A stretch of 64,000 bases of DNA, taken from the NCBI GenBank assembly GCA_977862235.1, contig OZ374558.1, forward strand, positions 558,001 through 622,000. Direction: 5' to 3'. Source of the DNA: Dudresnaya verticillata (lineage: Eukaryota). Numbering within the stretch: position 1 is the first letter of the stretch; every line of letters begins with the position of its first letter. The notes below the pieces were generated by a model, which saw nothing but the letters and a program-made list of their open reading frames with translations, was not told where the DNA came from and did not search any database. Positions 45,901 to 58,809 of the stretch are shown in pieces. The position numbers and the translations under genes were made by a program.

Positions 45901-47899
45901 TCGGTGATGCTGAGAAAGACTGTGAAGGCTGAACAGAACTTGAAATGGTCGCAGAGACGCCTAGTGACGCTGTCACCGCGCTAACCGATTCCGAGAAAGA
46001 TGCTGTAGGCAGAACAGAACTCGAGCTAGTTGCTTGTACCGACGTCGATGGGGGTGGGCTAGCGCTTGCTGCGACGCTCGCCACCACCGATGTTGACACG
46101 CCTGGGGAGCTTACTAATGGCTCCGGGCTTTCTGAAAGACTTGCCAACGGCGATTCCGAAGCGGTCGGTGTAGTGGACCAAGATGCAGACGGGGGCCCAC
46201 TTGAAGATTCTGAAGGCGAGAGTGATGCAAGTGTGCTGACCGACGCTTCTGCGCTTGGCAAGCTTCCTGATTGTGACCCACTTGGTGCTGGCGAGACGCT
46301 TTCCAGGCCTGATACCGAAACTGTTGGAGAAGCCGAAAGCAGTTGAGAGGTGCTTGGGGCTGCGCTTGAGCTTGGTGATCCACCTGGTGGTATGCTTTGC
46401 GAACCAGCTGCCGAGACTGTTGGGAATTCCGAAGCCAACGGGGTGGTGCTTGGCGCTACAGTAAGACTTGACTCTGACACGCTCGGAAAGCTGGTGGATT
46501 GTACCGGGCTTTGAGATACACTCACCGAAACTGCTGAAGTGGACGGTGTACCCAAGGAGGTCTCACTCGGGGACGGTATTTCGCTGGAAGACTCTGATGG
46601 TGACGCCGACGCTAACACACTACCGAGTGGCGATATGCTCGGCGATGCGCTTGGTGGCTCACTCGCCGATGTAGATTTCGAGGCTTCGGGAGACTCCGAC
46701 TCGAATGGACTTGAGCTTAGTGCCGCACTTACCGAGGCTGACACTGCCGAGGGAGAGCTTACCAGCGGCGCAGCGCTTTGAGACTTACTAGCCATCGCAG
46801 ACACAGATTGAGAAGGTTCAGTCGCCCAGGAGCTACTTGCAGACGGAGTTACGATAAAAGATTCAGTTGTTGTTGGTGATTCCAAGGCGCTGGCAGATGA
46901 GGTCGCACTCGGGGAACTCAATGATGGTAACGGGCTCAGTGAGGCGCTTGGGAATTCAGACGACGATGGGGAGGGACTGATCGTTCCCAACGGACTCTGA
47001 GATATCGTCACCATGACTGGTGAAGCAGTCGAACTCATCGATAACAACACGGAAGGTGAGGACGACGGAATCGTTGACAAGCTCGGTGATGCCGACATAG
47101 TCGCGGACATAGTGGCCACGAGCACCGATTGTGATGGTGTGACCGATGTTGATCCTGTTGGTTCTGCAGACTCCGACGGTGAAACAGATATAGAACTGCT
47201 CGCTGAAGGGCTTGGGGACGCTGAGGCCACTTCGGCACCTGTGAATTCGTAGCTTGGCTCCAAACTCTGACTTGCCATTACCAGCGACTCATCAGACTCC
47301 TCTGAGGATGCTCTTCGTGCGGTAAAGGAACCGATGCCATTGCTTGCAATGGCCGCAAGGTGTTGGAATATTTCCGGAATTGTCCATATAGAACGTGACG
47401 AACGGCTCCAACGGCTCGTGGTTGGAGTTTGATACTGAGATGTCTGCGTTGTCGTTGTTGAGTTATATGAAGGAGATGGTGTTTTGGTAGGTGTTGAGCT
47501 TCTTCCCCGACTCATCTCGGCAAGGCCCCGCGTTGGGGCGTTGGATCCTGAGGAGCCGGAAGAAGAAGAATGGATTGCTGAAGTTCCCGACGAAGTCGTG
47601 GTGGTAGCATCGCTGCGCGTAACATGGGTGTGTGCAATGCTTGGAGTTTGACACGGGCTGGGTGATGGAATGTTAGGAAGGCGTTCGGCGCAAACGAAGC
47701 CAGCGTACTTGGTCTTGCCACGTGTTGACTGGCACTCCATCAGGACGCATGCTCGGGCGTAGCGCCCTGTTTGGCATTCCTTCGTCGCAATGGTCCTGTT
47801 CTGACGGCATTTGTTGGGGCAGCGTCTTCGGGCGTCAACGATGAGAGTGAGTTGCAGCAGGAATGCCAGCGCGATGATTCGCCATGACCTGGCGGGCAT
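42908..47899 (-). CDS. Secreted mucin-like Ser/Ala/Pro/Thr-rich protein with Cys-rich N- and C-terminal domains (1663 aa)
   Basis: ATG at 47899 precedes the signal MPARSWRIIALAFLLQLTLIVDA; long SP/SAQPT repeats; terminal Cys clusters. Confidence 0.9.
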   Translation of the reverse strand: MPARSWRIIALAFLLQLTLIVDARRRCPNKCRQNRTIATKECQTGRYARACVLMECQSTRGKTKYAGFVCAERLPNIPSPSPCQTPSIAHTHVTRSDATTTTSSGTSAIHSSSSGSSGSNAPTRGLAEMSRGRSSTPTKTPSPSYNSTTTTQTSQYQTPTTSRWSRSSRSIWTIPEIFQHLAAIASNGIGSFTARRASSEESDESLVMASQSLEPSYEFTGAEVASASPSPSASSSISVSPSESAEPTGSTSVTPSQSVLVATMSATMSASPSLSTIPSSSPSVLLSMSSTASPVMVTISQSPLGTISPSPSSSEFPSASLSPLPSLSSPSATSSASALESPTTTESFIVTPSASSSWATEPSQSVSAMASKSQSAAPLVSSPSAVSASVSAALSSSPFESESPEASKSTSASEPPSASPSISPLGSVLASASPSESSSEIPSPSETSLGTPSTSAVSVSVSQSPVQSTSFPSVSESSLTVAPSTTPLASEFPTVSAAGSQSIPPGGSPSSSAAPSTSQLLSASPTVSVSGLESVSPAPSGSQSGSLPSAEASVSTLASLSPSESSSGPPSASWSTTPTASESPLASLSESPEPLVSSPGVSTSVVASVAASASPPPSTSVQATSSSSVLPTASFSESVSAVTASLGVSATISSSVQPSQSFSASPSEAPASVRASATGSASALPTSSSLASPSETTAQPSAVVTASSSALPTGSSLASPSASSSGSGVTTGMSSSVQPTTTSSVSASAVGVSPSPSTSISSSPEASSSTLPSEMTVSPSESIPAQPTPSPFVSPTTAGASPTVSESAPSSAQPTASSLASPSAVPVSPSGSISTQPTTSSSVLPTAAGVSPSVSVSESSSAQPTVSSLTSSSATAASPSESISALPVTSSSASPAAALESPSVSVSVPSSAQPTASSSALPSAVAASPSESISVQPTEPSSKPPIPAAGTPSVSVSAAISAQPTASSLASTSATATVPSRESISAQPMSPSESPTAAGASPSVPESAPSSAQPTASLLESPSAGTASPGGFISAQPTTSSSVLPTAAGVSPSLSASESSSAQPTASVLASSSAAAALPTESISAQPTTSSSVLPTAAGVSPSVSVSESSSAQPTASSLASSSANAASPSNSISAQPAKSSSASPTAAIESPSVSLSITSTAQPTASSLALPSAPAASQSESISAQPTTSPLATATGAGESPSLSASVAISSQPTASSLASASAIAPSASATAPSPSESTSAQPTTSTSASLAAAESPGVSVSAAISAQPTASSLASPSSTATVPPPSESTSPQPMGPSESPTAVGAPPSVSESAPSSAQPTGSPLASPSAVAASPRGSISAQPTTSASVAPSAPGESPSVSADASTGASISAQPTASSLASTSATAASPSEAISAQPTTSSSVLPTTAGVSPSMSVSESSSAQPTTSPLASSSAAAASPSESLSAQPTTSASVAPSAPGESPSVSADASTGASISAQPTASSLASASATAPSPSESISAQPTTSASVAPSAPGESPSVSANASPSVSWAVSASPSDVAVVSGSPEPSWAKCRVTAQDMIVEQGEPDDFSVSCICAKTTTFSGSRFNTLADVNLTCYKRCLEGALEADGGCWRGETAEMYNRFESVVGQQVGPCCASCGGVVKTGVQLGLNFYAKEDEVCASA

Positions 47900-50800
47900 G
47901 CTGAAGGCCAATGCTTGGGCTCGGGGGGAGGGAGTACGCAGTTGGGGCGGGGGGGGGGGGTTCGAGGGTGTCGGGACGAGGGTGTCGGGACGAGGGTGTC
48001 GGGACGAGGAGGATTCTGTAGGATTTGGTGCCAGGACTTTCTGTGGGCGGAAGTCGATTGATAATCGCGAGAGAGCAGCGCTTGGGAAGCGGCATAGCTC
48101 GGGGGCCGTAATTGTGACACGGTATATTGAGACCACGAGATCAGGTTGCAATGGTCACCGTGACCATACTACGAGCTTGTCTGCTTTAAAAGCAATGTTG
48201 CGAAAGGCTAGCACGTAGTGATTCAACACTGTACAGCACATGCAATGCAATGCAATAACGCGATGCAATATGGCAAGAGGCGTTCGCTGAAGCGGGAAAA
48301 ACATGCGGCAAGGTCCCTTATGCGCCGTAGTTTTGGCGCGGGGGAGAGCGGAAATCTTGCGGTGAATGCAGCTAGCTCTGCGACCATAGGATGCTCGCAA
48401 CAAGCGGAGCATGGCACCCCGTCCAGGATAAAGATTGTAGACACGCGCTGTGCCGTGTAGCATTGCTACGTCTTACCCATCCGGGGCAAGGCATAGGTGG
48501 TGATCGAAATCGCTGCAACAGCGTCATGGGCTGTGGCGAGTGTGACTGTCGTAGAACAAACTATACACTGGAGAAGCAGCGCGCGGTCGCGAGAAACTGT
48601 GCTGATTAACGCCCAAAGGAACGTAACACTTGATACGTTGACGGCGGACCGGTTCTGCGCGACGCGTCCTCTGTAACACCTGGCGGGCTTTGTTCCGCAG
48701 TATTCTTCATACGTTTGCGAAAGATGCATGCCTGCAATGCCACAATACCGATCTCAGCACTCGCAGCCCGTATGCATATCAGTAGTGTTGTACATTCACT
48801 CACTTCCATTAAAGTTATTGATGCATGTTATAAATCGAACGAGTCTGACGGCGGGAAACGCCATTCAATTGAACCATTTTCCAGAGAGATGACAGATGTA
48901 CTTTGTTCAGCGAGATGCCAGTCCATATCTTCCCCGCCTCAGCTCTTGAACTGTTCGAGCGCATCGTCAAGAAAGAAACTATTCTCAAGTCTCAAGCGCT
49001 TCGGGCTAGCGCCTGCCCCTTACAAGTGTCGGTGGGCGGAAATTGTATTATTGTGCTGAGAAGATAGACGCTCTGTTTCGTAGTTGCCGTACTATTACAC
49101 AGAGTTGTAGTGTTAAGCATCGCACATGTCTAAGGAGACTGATCTCTTTGTTTGTCAGGGACCATTCCTTCCAAGATTTGCATCTATCGATAACGTCGGA
49201 ATTATTGGCAGGGCGTTGCCGGTGGAAGCGACATACCCTACCGCCACTTGACAATCCACACCATGCCGTGACGTTGGTCACGATACTCGAACAGCTTACT
49301 GAGTCAGCGGCAACCTGTGCATATGACTAGTTGTACTCTGTCGCACTGTACATTGCTTGTCAATCTATGCAATGTGTAAGTTTAGTCCAGTGTGTTCTGT
49401 TCTGTTAAACAGTTTCAGGGTCGACAAAACGTACACTGTTCTGCTGCACTGCCGCTTGCTCAAATCTCAGCTTTGCTTTTAAAAGCTACGCCAGTTTGCA
49501 TCGACGTAAGACCTTGCGCAATACCGCGCACGTGTTTAAACTCTAGTTGTACATGGTTTAGGGATTTACCATTTAAAGAGTCTTGGCGGCGTACGGAATG
49601 GGGAGGAGAGGAGGAAGGGAGACAGGAAAGGAGAGGAAATGGCTGTGTTTGCAGCTCTCACTAGGAGAACGCAGTGCCGTATCTACCGGACGACCTGCGT
49701 CAGAACTCTAACTGCACGGCATTCCCCTTCCGCCTGCACTTGATATCGCACAATTCTTGACTATGTCTCTCGAAAGCCACGATTAACGATAGCCATTCCG
49801 AGCGGCTGTGAAGCAATTAAGAGAAGGACAGTGTTTATGAGGGTATCTCAGATAGGAAAGCTCGCTGACGGGAATGGACAGTATTGCTCCAAATTACATT
49901 GCCTTTGTGCCGATATAGCTCGATATAGTTGTGGTAAACACCATCACTTCCACCGTTTGCATTCCTATTCTGCTGGAAGTTTGTTCAATTCAGAATTGCA
50001 CCACCCTCGGCTCCATACGAAGCAACGCCGAGTTGCGCCCCCGAGAACATCGCTATACCCACTTCTCGCAAGATATCCCATATCCAGCATGTCCGTTCGT
50101 CCTTCCCTTATCCTCAATGCGCCTGACCTCGCTGGTACTTGAATACGTTGTCCATAGTTATGGTTACAGGCAATCAGCGCACAAAGAGCCTGACTGGTGT
50201 TCTTTCCGATAAAAGTCTCCCTATTTACGGCTATCACGATTTAACGCTTAATCGGGTAAGGTGCCGAAGGCTTCCTCATGCAGAAATTGAAATACATAGA
50301 ATGGAATGAACGTCTCCCTCTCCCTCTGAGATCAACGTCGAGAATTCCCAACGAATATTCACGGCAATACTGGTTGTGTAATAGTTGTGCGGAGCCCCAC
50401 ACCCAAGGGCTACTTTGTTTAGATGGAGAAGACTCGCAGTCGCCAACAATAACAAAGCTCCGATTCCGCCAAATGTTCTAGCCCTCTATCTGCGTCTTCT
50501 GGCCATTGGCAGGTGCCTTTCTTCTCATAACGAAATGGGCTTGTGATGGGTCCACATTGATGGGTATCGGAAGTCAAAATGGATGGCAAACATAGGCGAA
50601 CTCAAACAATATAATCAAGGAAGGAATAGAGAGGTACCATCAAACTAAATCTCGTCAATGAACATGTGGGAGAAAGAGTTACCGCATTTTTATTCAGCTG
50701 CTGGTTCGTCTCCGGAAATAGGAATCACTCCAACATTTGTTCGACAAGTTGAACTATATTGAGCACAGCCAGATGCTGATGCAGTCTCTCTTTCATTGTC

Positions 50801-53282
50801 CTATAGCCGAGATTGAACTTACAAATCGAGTATAGCATGAGAAGGCATTCTCCTTTCTGAGTTGCTTGTGTACTCAATGAGATAGTTTTGTTCTTCGGCG
50901 TGCACGGGGATACAAAATCGGAGGCAACTGAAATATCGGTGCGAGTGTGATTGCATTGCACACCCCAAGAATTTTCAAGTTGGGCTCCAGTTCCAAGAAA
51001 TACATACGCAATCGCGCGGTTTTTGGCTAAGTGAAGCGACTTTTCCCCCGCAGACTGCAAACTTGGAGTGTTTGAGACAATATGGCGCTTCGTCCAACTA
51101 CAGCTGTGAACCGTACCTTGGTGCGTGAGCAGTTCGCAAAGTCTGCCTGCCATTGGGTCTAATCCTGTAAGATGGAAGCTCTCATCAACCTTCAAAAGAA
51201 GCTGTGCGTTTGACAAGAAGAGAAAGACCCCCAGCAGCAGCAATGATTGGCGCTTCAACTCGTCTACAGAACGCAATCGAATACCATCTTCAACCTTGTC
51301 TTAAGCGAACAATTCACAACTTGTCGGAAAATGAAATCTCTCGAGCATGACGCACCTCATACTTGAGGAACTGTAAACGCCATCAACCTCTCGCCATCTC
51401 AGGCTACTTTCTTTCTCGTACGGGATATACGGTATGAGACCCGTCCAAGTTCACATACCGGTTAGAGAAGAGTTAGATTCCTCCATCCCATCTTCCTCGA
51501 TACTGCATTGACATACATCTTCACACCTCTTGTTAGCACATTGACAATCAGCCTTCCCCTTCCCTATTTTATATTTTCTCTTTACACCCCCTGCAGTAGT
51601 ACGAAGTTGGCAAACGAGAGATGCTTTATTGAGGTTAGGATAGCTTGTTTTGCGAAAAACTAACAGGAGGGACCGGTTAGGAAGCACTTGAAGATGTGGG
51701 AGGACCTCCATTCCAAGATCAGATTCAAGAAGGACAAGTTTCAAATTTCTTCGTAACATACCTACACATGCAGTTGTGAGTACATCGAACAGTTGCAGTA
51801 GATCAAACCTTTACTGACGGAAGGCTTGTCGAGAGTAAAAGCGGAGATGCAAGTAGCGCACTGAGAATTTTCAATACACTTTGTGCGAATGCGGAAACCT
51901 TCAGCTATGGAGAATGACTGTAGAGTGTCCATGGAGGAAGCCCCGCACCAACTTTCTCCCAGGCAGTTGTAAGAAACAGAATTCAATTGTTGAAGAATTG
52001 TAACTTCGCGCCTGACGCACAGTTGCTTAAAGTACTGTGCGAGTTGAAGAGGAGCAAAGTACAGCTGGGAACTGTGTCACATTTGCACAGTCAGCACGTG
52101 TTCAGAACTACCGGCTTCACTTCAATCTGATCCATGGGTGTACACTGAGCGGCAAAGGTATAGTCACATCAACGTCAACTATTGCAGTTACCCAGTGGCG
52201 TCTGCCACGTCCCCCGCACCGAGTTTGTTCGCACGTAGCGAGCAGTGCGACAGTGCGATCAAACGATCAGTGCTTCGGTGCTTTCATGAGCGCAGCTAGT
52301 GTAACGGCCGTGAGGAATTCGCTCGACTGCGCGGTGGAGCAGCGCGAGCAGAATGCAAGTGGCCCCACGCTTGCGCGCCTCTGCCGCTCGTCCGGATGCC
52401 TCGACACAGCATGGAGAGCGAATGCACCCAGGTCAATTCGCCTGCGGCGCATGCTGGCTCACGCGGCTTGTGTGCGTCGCGTCTCGTTTTCCGGGAATGC
52501 CCCGTCAGGACTGGTCATTGTTTCTATTCTGTATATCCCTGACGGTAGATGTGTGAACTGTGCATCACTGTGTCAGACTCGAATCAGGTCTGTCCGGGCG
52601 CCTTCCCACACGCACGCAAGGCGGAAGGTCGATTCCGCAACCAGCACAGAGCTGCCGGGACCCGCGCGGATGTTTCGAGGCACATTACCAAGTTGGCGCA
52701 GTCTTCCCACGTCATCGCAATTACGGCAAGCCATTACGTCTAGTTGTGGTGAACCTTACCATTCTGCGCGAGCACACGGGATTGTGCTGACAGGAAAGCA
52801 TCTAAACTTGCATCGCATATTGGCGGAGAACATGCCTTGCAGCTCTCACCACATTAGATGGGGAAAGACTCTAGGCCATGCATGCTGTGCAGAGCTTACA
52901 AGATTGAGGGGCTACTCTTTTGAGAGGACAAATGCCGCTTTTTTGCAAGCACGTGGTTATGGTCGTGGAATGAGGAAACGAGGTTTGGAACAGTTGGAGC
53001 ACTGCACATCGCTGAGTGGCGTTTGGCCGCAGCGGGGAGAGAAGACTTTTGTTCTTTCGAGAAACGTCTTGTTTCACCGTTTGTGTTTCGTTGAGAAGCG
53101 CCTTGCGGTTGTTCTTCTGGCAAAGGCTGACCGGCCGACACGCTCGACAACCTTGATAAAGGTCCCCTACCATTGTGCAACACGGTGTTTTCCAATGCCC
53201 AGTGTGACTCTTTCCGGTGCTTTTTTGTGCTTCCGGCGGCGGCAACTACACGTAGAAAGGTTTGTTTGTCTGCTACAGAGTA

Positions 53283-53424
53283 TAGCGGCACCGACAAAGG
53301 CGCAATGGTTGTTTGACAAAGCCGGACAGATCTGTTATCGATAGACTCGAGTAGCGGCACCGACAAAGGCGCAATGGTTGTTTGACAAAGCCGGACAGAT
53401 CTGTTACCGATAGACTCGAGTAGC
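53283..53424. repeat. 69-bp tandem duplication
   Basis: 53283-53351 and 53352-53420 differ at one base. Confidence 0.95.
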
Positions 53425-53577
53425 TCTATGTTTCCATAATTCAAACTCCCATCAGTGTCAGGTCGGCACTTTACCCGTACAGTACCGAAAATAGCACCGA
53501 AAACAGCACTTCATTCTGTGGGTACGCAACGCCTCCTTCCGCAACGGCAAGCCGCAAAGTCCTCCGCAGTCGCATTA

Positions 53578-53659
53578 CACCACCACCACCACCACCACCA
53601 CCACGCCCGCGCGCCAGGACTAGCAACTACGGAAAGAGGAGAGAGAGAGAGAGAGAGAG
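53578..53659. repeat. (CAC)n and (GA)n microsatellites
   Basis: Directly visible. Confidence 0.9.
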
Positions 53660-55639
53660 GGCCTCTCTGGCGCCAGACGCAGCCAGCCAGAGCCGCGGTC
53701 ACCGGCCGGATGTGGCACAGCGCACCGGGCTGCCGCACTTGTGGCGTTGCGAGCTGGGGTCCTGCCGGGACGAGGCGTGGCGTGCGCTGGCAGGACAGGC
53801 GCCGGGTGCGGTGTCTTCCGGCTTGGAGGGGTGTTAATCCGTCTCGCAGTGTGGGGTTCGTATCGAAGCTCGAGGCGTTGTACAAAACGCCGGGCTGACT
53901 GGGACTGGCAAGCATCCATGCTTGTCCTGCTGGCGGAGAAGCTAGGCTGATGACTAGAAGGTATGTGGTTTGTACGGTTGGTGCGGCGTGCGGCTTCGGT
54001 GAGTTGTTGTAGTAAAGACCTTCGTCCATGAAATGATGCAGCTCGGTACACTAAGTTTTTATAACTTGGTGTATTCCGCAGAAGGCGTCGTATCTGCTAA
54101 ATAACCAGTTGCTCACGGTGTGTACTGCCGAGAAGTGAAGCTTGCAGCGGACGCGATTAGAAAAGCATGTTGCCTTATACTGAATATACTTTTGTACCTT
54201 TGCCGATGTTTATTGCATTATAGTCTCTTAACAGAGAGAGAGAAAGACCTTATTCAAAAGTCTTGATGCCCGTAAACGCGATAGCCCTTTTATCTTGCGG
54301 GATTTCCTTACATTCAATGTTGTCGAGTTAACGGAAAGGCGTTACCGAGCGTGGAGATGCCGTCGCATTGTAAATAATATCCCCACGGCCTGCGGTTCTT
54401 CGTGCGCCTTAGCTCAAGCCTCCTTGAGCTCTAGATCTATAGCATATTGACACCATACAATAACTGCCGTGGATAGCTGTCGCAATCACGATTTGCCTGT
54501 GTAATTCTTCAACGTATCCATACACCCTGCCAAATGTCTATTGCTAATAACCCAACTGCCGGCGATACTTTGAAGGACAATAGCTGCTCTGGAAAAATCA
54601 GATATGCTAAGCGACTAATTATCTATGCCATCACCCCAATCACCTCGTCCAAGCCCCGATCAGATAACCATGCAGCTGTCTTCCGAATAGATACTTTGGG
54701 ATGCCTTATGTACCCGCTGCTTCATACTGGTCCCTCCGAACGCAAAGCAAAAACAATAACGATATTGAACAAATAAGTTTGGAGCTTCTCCACCACGGTG
54801 ATGTTGTGCCGATGAATTGACGGTTGAATAGATCCGTGCGATAAAATAATGAGGTACACTGCAAACTCGAAGGATCAGCTTTTGGTTGCGCAAACTTTTC
54901 AAGTGTACCAAAGCTAGCAGAGCTGACATGAAGCAGTGCGGAATTTTCTTGGCATGCGGGTACATACAAGATTCGCATGGGAGATACATAGTGTGCATAC
55001 TTGTTGTCACCATTAGTCGGACGTATCTCCTCATGCGTACGGAAGATCCAACGGCATCTCATTCTATATTCCATTAGCGGCATCGTCGTGCTTCAGCACA
55101 GCTGATGGTGTCGAAAAAGGATGAGTGCGCCGTGATGCTTAGCCATGGGCAGTATGCAAAGGGTGGGCTATAGAAGCCTCATACGAAAGCCCAATTCCCT
55201 TAAAGGTCCCACAAAACACAACCCAAGACCAGTAATGTTTCAATGCATATACTGTTGAGGCGTGGCACCGATGCGTTTTGCCGATGTAGCCGTTCTTGTT
55301 CATCCGCAGAGGTGCAAGCTGCACGGAGCTACAACTTTTCTCGATCTTAAAGGGTACTGATTAAAATGCTTTCGGCAAAGACTGATTCGCATTAATATCA
55401 CATCACGATTGACAAACCGTTGTCGGATCCAACATGCTTATTAAACGACTGATGACTTTTCAATACATAGCTCATAAAGTGCTGCGTTGAGGGCTATTTG
55501 AAGCCATTGTTGGAGTGCTACTTTGACCCACGACACGCACCGGCATGCATAACCGTTTTATAACGGCAAATCATCAGGGGTATTGACCTCTGATATTTGT
55601 TCTCTCTTCATCGAATAACTTGACTTGAAGAACTGTTCA

Positions 55640-56130
55640 TATTCTCATGCCTGAAGTGCTGCAATTTCTCTATGTACGCCCCAAGCTATTTTTATTTACT
55701 CTGTATTGCCCAAGCAGATGAACAGTTAGTCACCGAGTATTCTGTTACGATTCTTCCAGCGGTTCACGGTTACGGTCTGTTAGAAATTGCTTTTTGCTTA
55801 GCTTTCTATTGCGCTTCTAGCACTCTAGTTTTATTCTTTCTACCCAGTTGTGTTGCAAACCTTGGTCTATTAATACCCACCTTCTCGAGCACTTCGATAG
55901 TTCTAGGCTAGCCATTGAACCACAAGAACAATTACTAAATTTTCCTCATCCCAATTTTTCTACGTATGGATTTATTTGTGGACGATCGGCGTTTTGCACC
56001 TCGTCCTCAAGGATTTGACGCCTCTGTAGTTAGTCCCCATTCCCATCCTTCTTCACCCGCCAGCCTTCCTGTAAATGCAATCATTTCCCGTGACTGTCAG
56101 AAGCGCTCACATTATCGTTGAGTGTGTGAT
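55640..56130 (+). mobile_element. Degraded CRE-like REL fragment
   Basis: RMDLFVDDRRFAPRPQGFDASVVSPH..KRSHYR*VC at about 55963-56127. Confidence 0.75.
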
Positions 56131-58229
56131 CATCACTGTAGTTTCATGAAGAAGAGACTGGCTCGGCTGTCCTGGCCGTCAGAGAGAAAATTGACGCACT
56201 TCCATTTCCATCTGCTAAAGTCAGCCTCGCTACTGCAGTTTTTGTGCAAGCATGAAAGTTAAACTGTCACGCAATAAGATGAAGGTGAGTGTGCATTGTT
56301 GATGCTTTCCATGGATCAATCTGGGGCGATAAGGCCTCGGCGTCATGCCCTTAAAACTAGGAACGCTTGCCAGTAATTCTTTTCTTCTAATGTACTTGTG
56401 AGGAGAGATGGTTCGGTGCAGTAATACTTGCTTCAACACTGCTGCAGAAGAATAGTTTGCGGACTGCATTGAATATTTTTAAGCGTCAAGTGTGGGGTTC
56501 TCATAGTTCTCGGTTGAAACGTGAAGCTCAACACAGTGGGCATTCACCAAACGTCCGGGAAGGACTTATGGCAACTGTATTACCGTTCATCTTGCGGCAC
56601 ACATAAATGCAACTGACGCAAGGTATGTTGCGCGCTCGTCGGACGGATCGTTCCCGAAGAATGCTGAGCTGGCATGAACCTTTTTGCGGATGCTCACCTG
56701 AATCAAATAGAACTGTACCACACAGTTTCATGGGAATCTTCCTTCTTCTGCAGTTCAGAATCTCAATATCGTCTACAAGCTTTCTCTCGGTCCCTCGTTG
56801 TACCCCCATCCCGATTCGAAAGTTTCATAGGCTCTTGCTGTGACCTTGTCTCCAATTCTCTCTCTTGATCCAAGCAAGCGGCCTTCTTTCATGCCTTCAT
56901 ACGTTACGGTCAAGCAAGTTGATCGCTATCCCCGTCCCAGTGGATAATTCCTTTTTATCCTACGGAGTTGTGTGCAGAGACTATATCAGGCATGAGCAGT
57001 CTTACATTAAAAATGGGTTCTTGCGTGTGCATTAGTGCCCCCCTACTTGACAGTCGGTCGGCTTGGATTCATTTCCAGTACCCTCTCCGTACTATCCTGA
57101 CCAGACAGATTGTCGACCTGTACCACTGTAATGAAGGTTGGACGATGTTGCTGCTGAATCCTGTCCAGCTGTGGGGGTATTTTCAAATACACAAGCATGC
57201 CACCCCTATCAACTACAAACAAACAAGACCTTTATTGCACTTTATGGATTGATGCATGGATCAGAACTGGGAAGGGGGTTCAATCTAACCTATTAACTAA
57301 GAGGATAATAAGATAAGGGAGAGGGTACATTCTAGGAACTGCAGCACTGAGAGGGTTCCTTGCCAAATCATCCAGTGGTGAGCTGTGTTCATACTCATGT
57401 GAGGCCACGAGGAGAAAGTATCACTGTGGGCTACTGGGTTTCCACCGCCCGTTTCCATGAACAACTGAAAACCTTGCTGGCAAACACCAGCTCAAGAGCA
57501 GTAGCTTAGTCTCATTTTCGGTTCAATTTGTCTCAGCCGTCATCCAGCGAAGAAGATTGACTCAAGCCCTAGCATTCGCAGTCCTCAATGCTATCCTTTC
57601 GAGATTCCTTTTCTCTACTTGTTTTAGGTAAATCCATGGTCGTCTTGACTGCAATGATTGAGAAAAGACAGCTTACAGCCCTTTCTCAGCTACGCTTTTT
57701 ACCACAGATGGAAACAAAGGTCTTGCTCCCCATTCAATGAGGTCATCAGAGCTAGCGCAGCCAATAACATATGACTAGACGTAAGATTATGCAGCAGACG
57801 CATCCCTTTCTCTATGATGCTACTTATCAAACCGGCATTAAGCGGCATAGCTATTTGATGTCCTTTCAAGGTGAGAGGGACTTAGATCGAGATTTCGCTT
57901 AAACGTGCTGTCTTAAGAAAGTCGGGACATCATCGTTATCGTTGGATCTTTTGGAGGAATGTATTTTTTTGGATAACGATGTTACATTGTTTATAAGGTG
58001 CTTCTTTTAGGTGATGCAGGTCCGGCAACTAGGGTCCATTTGCAAGCGGACCGCAACCAGCGTGCGATAGAACAGTGAAGGATATTGAGACTGCTGGCAG
58101 TAGATACCTACTAAAGGTATGATCGTAAGTACGGAGCATCACAACACTACACCAAGCAAAAAGCAAACAAGGAAGCGGCAAGAGCTTAGTGCCTTCTTTT
58201 TCATTCATCCGCCATGGAGTTCTTGGGGT

Positions 58230-58600
58230 CAAGTCCGGCGAGGTGTGTGGAAGTTCGAGATGGAGAGTAGTCTACATGGAGTGGTTGTGGGTACTCGAAG
58301 CGGCAAGCTGATCTGTGCTATTGCGTCAACAGTACCTTGGAGTGTGGATGGAGAAAGGGTAGGGGTACCCGAGGGTTTCGAGCTTAGATGCGTGCTGACG
58401 CAGACTTTGATGGGCATCTGAGCATTGTGGTGGGACCAAGAAGGGGTACACATAGCATTGTGCTGCTAGATTTTTCACGATGGTCCTGGAGCTGCAGATG
58501 GAGGGGGTCCTTTCGGGTTGCCATACAGAGGGCTTGGGGGCTAGCCAGCACGGGCAGGCCCGCACTCTTCGCCCACCTCGTCGATCAGGGCCAAATGTTC
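58230..58600 (-). mobile_element. Possible degraded LTR-retrotransposon integrase remnant
   Basis: TIVKNLAAQCYVYPFLVPPQCSD followed by FLHPHSKVLLTQ*HRS resembles the integrase FGxP..SD and HPQSNGxxERxHR motifs. Confidence 0.35.
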
Positions 58601-58809
58601 AGCGGATTGATACAGGGGTTAAATCAGGAGGACTCCGGTCGGGTTTCAGACTTTAAGGCTTCTCAGGAAGTATTAGACCAGATCCTTATTTCTCAGTTGG
58701 GGTTTCATCAAATCGGATAGGGCTCCTTAGAAACGGTCCTTGGATATCCAAAGAATGTCCTGGCCAGTTCTAACTAAGAGATGAGGAACTTTAGTAAAAT
58801 CAGCAAGAA

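Noticed and set aside
43010..47252. Many plus-strand ORFs over the mucin gene
   Set aside because: Antisense shadows of a repetitive GC-rich CDS
47900..48151. TTG-initiated N-terminal extension of the mucin (and similar extensions of the kinase ORFs)
   Set aside because: Eukaryotic context; the first ATG gives a clean signal peptide or domain start
50500..51990. Cys-rich minus-strand fragments (CATC..YCNC..H..C; CQC..C..CQC) suggesting a PHD-like pseudogene or a DNA transposon
   Set aside because: Broken frames and no consistent domain; cannot be supported without an HMM search
52037..53344. 435-aa ORF
   Set aside because: GTG start, Arg/Cys/Ser-rich random-like composition, no motif, and it ends inside a tandem duplication; probably spurious
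53283..53424. Possible CRISPR-like repeat
   Set aside because: Only two abutting copies, no spacers, eukaryotic context
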